A DNA stretch of 62,411 nucleotides, the filler included, from Sanchytrium tribonematis (taxonomy: Eukaryota), in NCBI GenBank assembly GCA_018985235.1. It is 6 parts of 6 records of this genome, joined end to end, with 100 filler letters (N's around TTAATTAATTAA, not from the genome) between each part and the next. Parts side by side here need not be neighbours in the genome. Positions count along the whole stretch, not along the records: positions 52,228 to 62,411 come from JADGIG010000304.1; 5 more parts are not named here. The stretch is one strand, 5' to 3'. Positions 57,422 through 62,411 of this stretch are shown piece by piece. The notes under the pieces were generated by a model. It was not told the DNA's origin, ran no database searches, and saw nothing but the letters and a program-made list of their open reading frames with translations. How positions within the stretch are numbered: position 1 is the stretch's first letter; each line of letters begins with the position of its first letter. The position numbers were made by a program, and so were the translations under genes.

Positions 57422-58523
57422 ATGAGCTACAGATCAATTTCTAAAAAGTCAGATAATTCAGTACGTCGTCCGCCTAAATCTGTTATAAAAATAGATAGTA
57501 AGGCAGAACAAACTATCAATGGGGTTTATTTTATACATTCGTTAAAAAAATTAAAAGATTTTAAAAACCATCAAAATATTAATGGGATTTATTCTAATAT
57601 TATCTATGAGGATTACAGCTTCAAAATGAATCACTATGGGTATTATAATTTGTACACATTTCTTCAAATCGAAGATTCTTCACTTTACGAATTTGCAGTA
57701 AGTGCTGGAATTTTACAAATCCACAGGGGATACAATTTTGAAATTGGAAATGTGATTGCGAGAGGGAATAGTTGTAAAGTAACACTTGATCCTGGTATCT
57801 ATATATTACACGTTGCTTACAAGCATGAGTCTGATATAGAATCAGATTTTTCAGATGAATATGTTACTTTTTCCAAGACTCCAGACGTGTGTCTAAAATA
57901 TTCTTCTATTGGAATAGCTTGGCCCCTGAAAGTAAGAAATATCGAAGAGCAAATTATACCGAAAGGAAAAACTTCCTTACCGATTAATAGCTATTTTTCA
58001 CCAGTTAGAAATGATTCTAGACTTCTTAATGTCAATGTTGATCTTCAATCTGTTAGCAGCGTGTCGTCTCGTTCGCCGTTGAGAAGGCCTGTTAGACCTA
58101 CAAAACGGAAAGAATCTGATCCTGCAGAGATTCGTGACTTGTTAGAATACAAAGAGCACCTTGAAAGGCAGGTCCAGTACTACTCCAGTGTAACTATAAC
58201 TAACTCAGGTGACAAGGCATACCTCAAAACTAATGACCGAAATACTAGGTTTACCCTATAATCCCACTGAAAATTCAGAGGTAGCTGACGATTTTCTTGC
58301 AAATGGTACAAATTCAAAAGACATTGAGCGGCATTACTCACCTCTCAAATACCAAAGTCAACTCCAGCAGATGAAAGTTCTTTGTGTGTCCAGCTTATTT
58401 AATTTGGTCAAAATGCAATACAACAATCAAAGTAATTTGTCAACAGGAGATGCTATTGAGTGGATCAAAGATGTCCCCATGGAGCTATGGGCATCTACCT
58501 TTGTCAATAAACTTATTAATTAA
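57422..58523 (+). CDS. Hypothetical protein (exons 57422-58189 and 58209-58523)
   Basis: Two overlapping ORFs joined in frame by a 19-nt intron. Confidence 0.65.
58190..58208 (+). other. 19-nt spliceosomal intron with CTAAC
   Basis: gtaactataactaactcag; phase 0, joins YYSS|VTRH. Confidence 0.8.
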
Positions 58524-58607
58524 TTATTGCTACTCCATCAAACTATTTATTCAAGATTTTTGATTGGTGGACAATGCATAAAAGTTGGACAGGCACCCCC
58601 TTTGTAA

Positions 58608-59633
58608 ATGTTCAACAAATTAAAGCAAATGGCTGAGGAAAAGGTGACTGAAAAGTTACAAACGATGAGTCTAGGTGATGCTAAAGAACATGGCTCAAGA
58701 GATATCGAAATTTGCCAATTGAAAGAAATTAGCAAAGATGCTAAAAGAAAGGCGCTGTTTATCGGAATTAATTATTTTGGATCTAAAGCAGAGTTAAGAG
58801 GTTGCATTAATGATGTGAATAATATCAAGGAATGGGTTACCAAAAATTACAACATTAGCGAAACTAAAGTCTTGACTGATGACAACAAAACAGAAATGCC
58901 AACGAAGGAAAACATGATTAACGCATTTAAATGGTTAGTCGCTGGTGCGAGTCCTGGAGACGCTTTATTTTTTCATTATAGCGGTCATGGTGGAACTCAA
59001 AAAGATGATGCTAAAGATGAGCATGATGGTAGTGACGAAACCATTGTGCCTTGTGACTATGAAAGTGCTGGTGTTATCGTAGACGATACTTTAAATGAGC
59101 TACTTGTCAAACCTCTACCAGAGGGAGTTCGATTGACATGCTTATTTGACTGCTGTCACTCCGGTTCTGCATTAGATCTGCCTTTTACTTATCTTGATAA
59201 TGGTAAAATCGAGGTTGTTGTTAACGACGCTAGTTTTCAACAAGCTGCGCTTCAATCTTTGATGCAAAGTGGCCTCAGAATGTTTGAAGGTGACAAAAAT
59301 CGTGCATTTCAAGAGCTTGGAGATGGAATCAAGTTGTTTATGAAAAATCGCAACAACGAGAATCCTTCTCCGGAGCAAAAACTTGCCAAAGCAGATGTTA
59401 TCATGTTTTCAGGTTGTAAAGACGACCAAACTTCTGCTGATGCTATGATGGCTGGAACCGCGACTGGTGCGATGACTCATGCTTTGATTAAGGCACTCAA
59501 TGAACATGGCCACACTCAATCATTTGTTGATTTACTTGGAAGAATCAGAGAAAATTTGAAAGGAAAGTTTACTCAAATTCCTCAATTATCATGTGGAAAA
59601 CCATTGGATATGAAAAGCACGTTTTCTTTATAA
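58608..59633 (+). CDS. MCA1: Type I metacaspase
   Basis: KALFIGINY, LRGCINDV, HYSGHG, FDCCHSG, SGCKDDQTSAD. Confidence 0.95.
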   Translation: MFNKLKQMAEEKVTEKLQTMSLGDAKEHGSRDIEICQLKEISKDAKRKALFIGINYFGSKAELRGCINDVNNIKEWVTKNYNISETKVLTDDNKTEMPTKENMINAFKWLVAGASPGDALFFHYSGHGGTQKDDAKDEHDGSDETIVPCDYESAGVIVDDTLNELLVKPLPEGVRLTCLFDCCHSGSALDLPFTYLDNGKIEVVVNDASFQQAALQSLMQSGLRMFEGDKNRAFQELGDGIKLFMKNRNNENPSPEQKLAKADVIMFSGCKDDQTSADAMMAGTATGAMTHALIKALNEHGHTQSFVDLLGRIRENLKGKFTQIPQLSCGKPLDMKSTFSL

Positions 59634-59650
59634 GTAAATCTATTTGGAAA

Positions 59651-61009
59651 TTATTTTATTATTTTTATGCATTGCGGCAGATCAATATCAAAGTAATCAC
59701 AGATTGCATCCACGTAAGCAAATGTTTCTTGTGAAAGCAAGTGCTTTTCGCCTGTTTTTAAAAGATTTAGATACAAATGGTCATTAACAGGAACTAAATC
59801 ATAATCTTGACAAGACAAGATACTTTCAAAGTCCTTTGTCATCAAGATAACACCCAGCTTAATTCCAAATTCAATAAACATAGAATCATATTCAGATATT
59901 TGTGATAAAAATGTTTGAATGTCATTTTTCTGATGAATAGTATCGATTTCAAATATCAAAGAACATTTTTGCAATGCTGGAAATAAGCTTCTGCTCATAT
60001 CTGGAAAGCTTTCAGCCACTCCCATTTGAATCTTGAGCTCTTTAAATGCTACTAAAGAGAAAAGCTCTTTAAAAATTATAGGATCAAGAATTTCTTCAGA
60101 CTCAAAGTACAACGACTCTATATTCTTGCAGCTAATCCAATCTTGAGGGATAAGTATATCGAATGGAATTTGATTATTTGATCCTCCGCAAATAAATAGG
60201 TGAGTTAATTTTGGTAATGTTTTAAGAAAAACCGACAACATGTCTTCTGCATTTGTGTTTGAAAATAGTTGCTGAGATGATAAACAGAATAAGTGTACCT
60301 TATTCAACTCAATGTAATATTTCAAATTTTTAAAATCGCAGTCAATAAATGTGAGTATTCTAATATTCAAACACTTCATGATAAAAGTAAAATTTTTCCA
60401 GTCGATTTGAGTCTGCGCAATCTCAACACTAAATAGGGATTTGAGGCTATACATAAATGCAAAATTGAAAGGACAATGCTTCAAGGGCTGAAATCTAATG
60501 TGATTAGCCTGTAATTTCCACTCAACCTGATTCACAAAGTCAGGGTGCACATTCATGTCAATACGAAATATCTCGTAAGGTTTAATGTGTCCAATCATTC
60601 TTTTCAAGTGTTTCAAAGATCTATTGTTTGGCTTTTTGGGCATGGATATGAGTACCCGAATCCGAAAATTAGGGACGCAAGAACTGATCGAGTCCAAATA
60701 TAATAATTCTTCTGGAATAAACTCTTCATCTAATATGAACGGATATTCTTGATGCTTTATGTCTATATTGTATTTGGTCATTAATTGTGGTACAAATATC
60801 AATTTTTTTAATCCTTGCTTTCGAAGCCATTTATAAAAATCAAAATCAAAGTCTTTTTGCATCATGGTAAGCAATTGAGTAATAAATGCCTCGTCTTTAT
60901 TATCCAGATTCTTAACTTTTTCTAAAATCTGTTTTTGGGTGTGAGTTAATTGACATTCTCCATCAGAAAATTTAGAATTCAGTTCAAGATCAAAATTATT
61001 TTGTGCCAT
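59651..61009 (-). CDS. Hypothetical protein, possibly with degenerate LRRs
   Basis: 452-aa ORF with LPKLTHLFI/NIESLYF repeats. Confidence 0.6.
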   Translation of the reverse strand: MAQNNFDLELNSKFSDGECQLTHTQKQILEKVKNLDNKDEAFITQLLTMMQKDFDFDFYKWLRKQGLKKLIFVPQLMTKYNIDIKHQEYPFILDEEFIPEELLYLDSISSCVPNFRIRVLISMPKKPNNRSLKHLKRMIGHIKPYEIFRIDMNVHPDFVNQVEWKLQANHIRFQPLKHCPFNFAFMYSLKSLFSVEIAQTQIDWKNFTFIMKCLNIRILTFIDCDFKNLKYYIELNKVHLFCLSSQQLFSNTNAEDMLSVFLKTLPKLTHLFICGGSNNQIPFDILIPQDWISCKNIESLYFESEEILDPIIFKELFSLVAFKELKIQMGVAESFPDMSRSLFPALQKCSLIFEIDTIHQKNDIQTFLSQISEYDSMFIEFGIKLGVILMTKDFESILSCQDYDLVPVNDHLYLNLLKTGEKHLLSQETFAYVDAICDYFDIDLPQCIKIIK

Positions 61010-61037
61010 CAATTTCCCCTTTGAAGTGGGATTTGAA

Positions 61038-62027
61038 ATGGAAGTGAAAGAAAAATTGAAGGCCTATCTCAATCTTAAAAAATCAATATCTTTAGATGAA
61101 TTGTTAAGACATGATGGAATCAATTTTCATATATTTGATAGTGTTTTGAACGGCTTACGATCAAAAAATAGCCGCGTGATTTATAAATTACTGGAACTCA
61201 TTAAAAATTACAAGATCAAATCTGATAACAATGAATTCTACACTAAATTTTTTGATAATCTTAAAGAAATCACAGTTTCAATTTTGAAGTCTTATAACCC
61301 TCCTGCTAATTATTACAATAAGGCAAGAACATTATTTATGGAAATCGTGGAAAATAATTTTGAGGCAAACTGTAATGCGAAACTCAAAATGTGTTATTTT
61401 CATTTAAAAAAGACTTATCCAGAGTTTAATGATATTATTGCACAAGAATCAGAGAAACGCGATGAATTAAAATCAATTAGTGAATCGAAACAAAGAATGC
61501 ATTTTTATATCACTCAGGAGGTAGCTAAGCTCCAACAAGACATTGATCACGTTATTGCATCAGTAGAAACAATTTACATAGAATTCTTCCCTTCAGTGCC
61601 AGACAAGACTTCAAATAAGACTCAAGAAATTCAAGTCACCGGTATAACAAAGTCTTTGGCGATAGAAATTGTAGTCAAAAACGATGCGCATCATATCAAT
61701 AAGAATCAAAACGAGGTCTTGTCTCTAGCTAGGGAAAAAATTGACTTTCAATTTGTCCCAGCGCTAAACCATTCTCTGAACAAACTTGAGGAATTCAAGA
61801 TAACAGACAATGCACTGGTTGAAAAAATTAACAAACTTCTGACTTCTGTGAAAGAAATTCGCTTACAAATGGCATTTTTTGAGTTAGACTCAGTGCAAAA
61901 CTCAGGTGATGACATCAACTTAGACGACTTTGAGGAAGTCATTAATTTGCCTCGAAAAAGAAAGGCTAAGGAATCCTCTTTTGGAACTCAACGAAAAAGA
62001 TTTAATCTAGATAATATTTTAGGATAG
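61038..62027 (+). CDS. UVSSA: UV-stimulated scaffold protein A-like
   Basis: VHS-like N-terminus, NPPA...KLKMCYFHLKK..FND resembles UVSSA PLPPP...KL..GY.FL....F.D. Confidence 0.55.
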   Translation: MEVKEKLKAYLNLKKSISLDELLRHDGINFHIFDSVLNGLRSKNSRVIYKLLELIKNYKIKSDNNEFYTKFFDNLKEITVSILKSYNPPANYYNKARTLFMEIVENNFEANCNAKLKMCYFHLKKTYPEFNDIIAQESEKRDELKSISESKQRMHFYITQEVAKLQQDIDHVIASVETIYIEFFPSVPDKTSNKTQEIQVTGITKSLAIEIVVKNDAHHINKNQNEVLSLAREKIDFQFVPALNHSLNKLEEFKITDNALVEKINKLLTSVKEIRLQMAFFELDSVQNSGDDINLDDFEEVINLPRKRKAKESSFGTQRKRFNLDNILG

Positions 62028-62052
62028 ACATTCGCGGAAATTCCCCTGTTTC

Positions 62053-62411
62053 ATGAATATTAGTTTTAAAAAAGTGTTGAATACCTTTCCCATTTGGAAT
62101 AGGTTTTTAAAATGTTGGATCTCTACGGTAAAGCAAGATTTAATCGTCTCTGATGAGCTCGCCCTTTTGAATTTGATACATTATCCATACTCAATTGAGA
62201 AAGTAATGCTTAGTGAAAGTAGCTATATCAATACCCTTAAGTTAAATGGTAAAGGGCGTAGAAATACAATTGTGATGACGCATGGATATGGTGCTGGTTT
62301 AGGATATTTTTATAAAAATCTATCTTTTCTAGGTGAGTGTCTTGGGGATGTGAATGCCATTTATGCTATAGATTGGCTTGGTATGGGAGAATCTTCGAGA
62401 TGTGACATCAA
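62053..62411 (+). CDS. Alpha/beta hydrolase Cld1/Ict1/ABHD4-5 family (3' truncated, not in ORF track)
   Basis: VMTHGYGAGLGYFYKNL, YAIDWLGMGESSR. Confidence 0.88.
   Translation, partial: MNISFKKVLNTFPIWNRFLKCWISTVKQDLIVSDELALLNLIHYPYSIEKVMLSESSYINTLKLNGKGRRNTIVMTHGYGAGLGYFYKNLSFLGECLGDVNAIYAIDWLGMGESSRCDI

Overview
This is not one locus but six unrelated ~10.2-10.5 kb eukaryotic contigs (1-10456, 10557-20989, 21090-31417, 31518-41826, 41927-52127, 52228-62411), joined in descending size order by artificial 100-nt N44-TTAATTAATTAA-N44 linkers. The DNA is AT-rich nuclear genome of an extremely compact fungus-like eukaryote using the standard code: about 55 genes, intergenic gaps often 0-30 nt, and one tRNA-Pro(AGG). 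Housekeeping genes include SSC1, UPF2, CHD1, SMC3, MES1, DPM1, ALG7, BBP/SF1, SWD1, PBP1, PET127, DUS1 and MCA1. CFAP52, vinculin, a modular LRR surface protein and tectonin-like genes point to a zoosporic/amoeboid early-diverging fungus (sanchytrid-like is my inference). The main discovery is a class of ultra-short spliceosomal introns: nine were found, eight of 19 nt and one of 20 nt. All match GTA...TNAYTYAG with a fixed putative branch A at -6, and each restores the reading frame, with a conserved motif rebuilt at the junction in most. They are skewed to the 3' half of genes, and the SF1/BBP here seems to have lost its U2AF65-binding elements. Other compaction features are AATAAA fused to stop codons and 17-43-nt divergent promoters carrying a recurrent TCCGTG/CACGGA motif.
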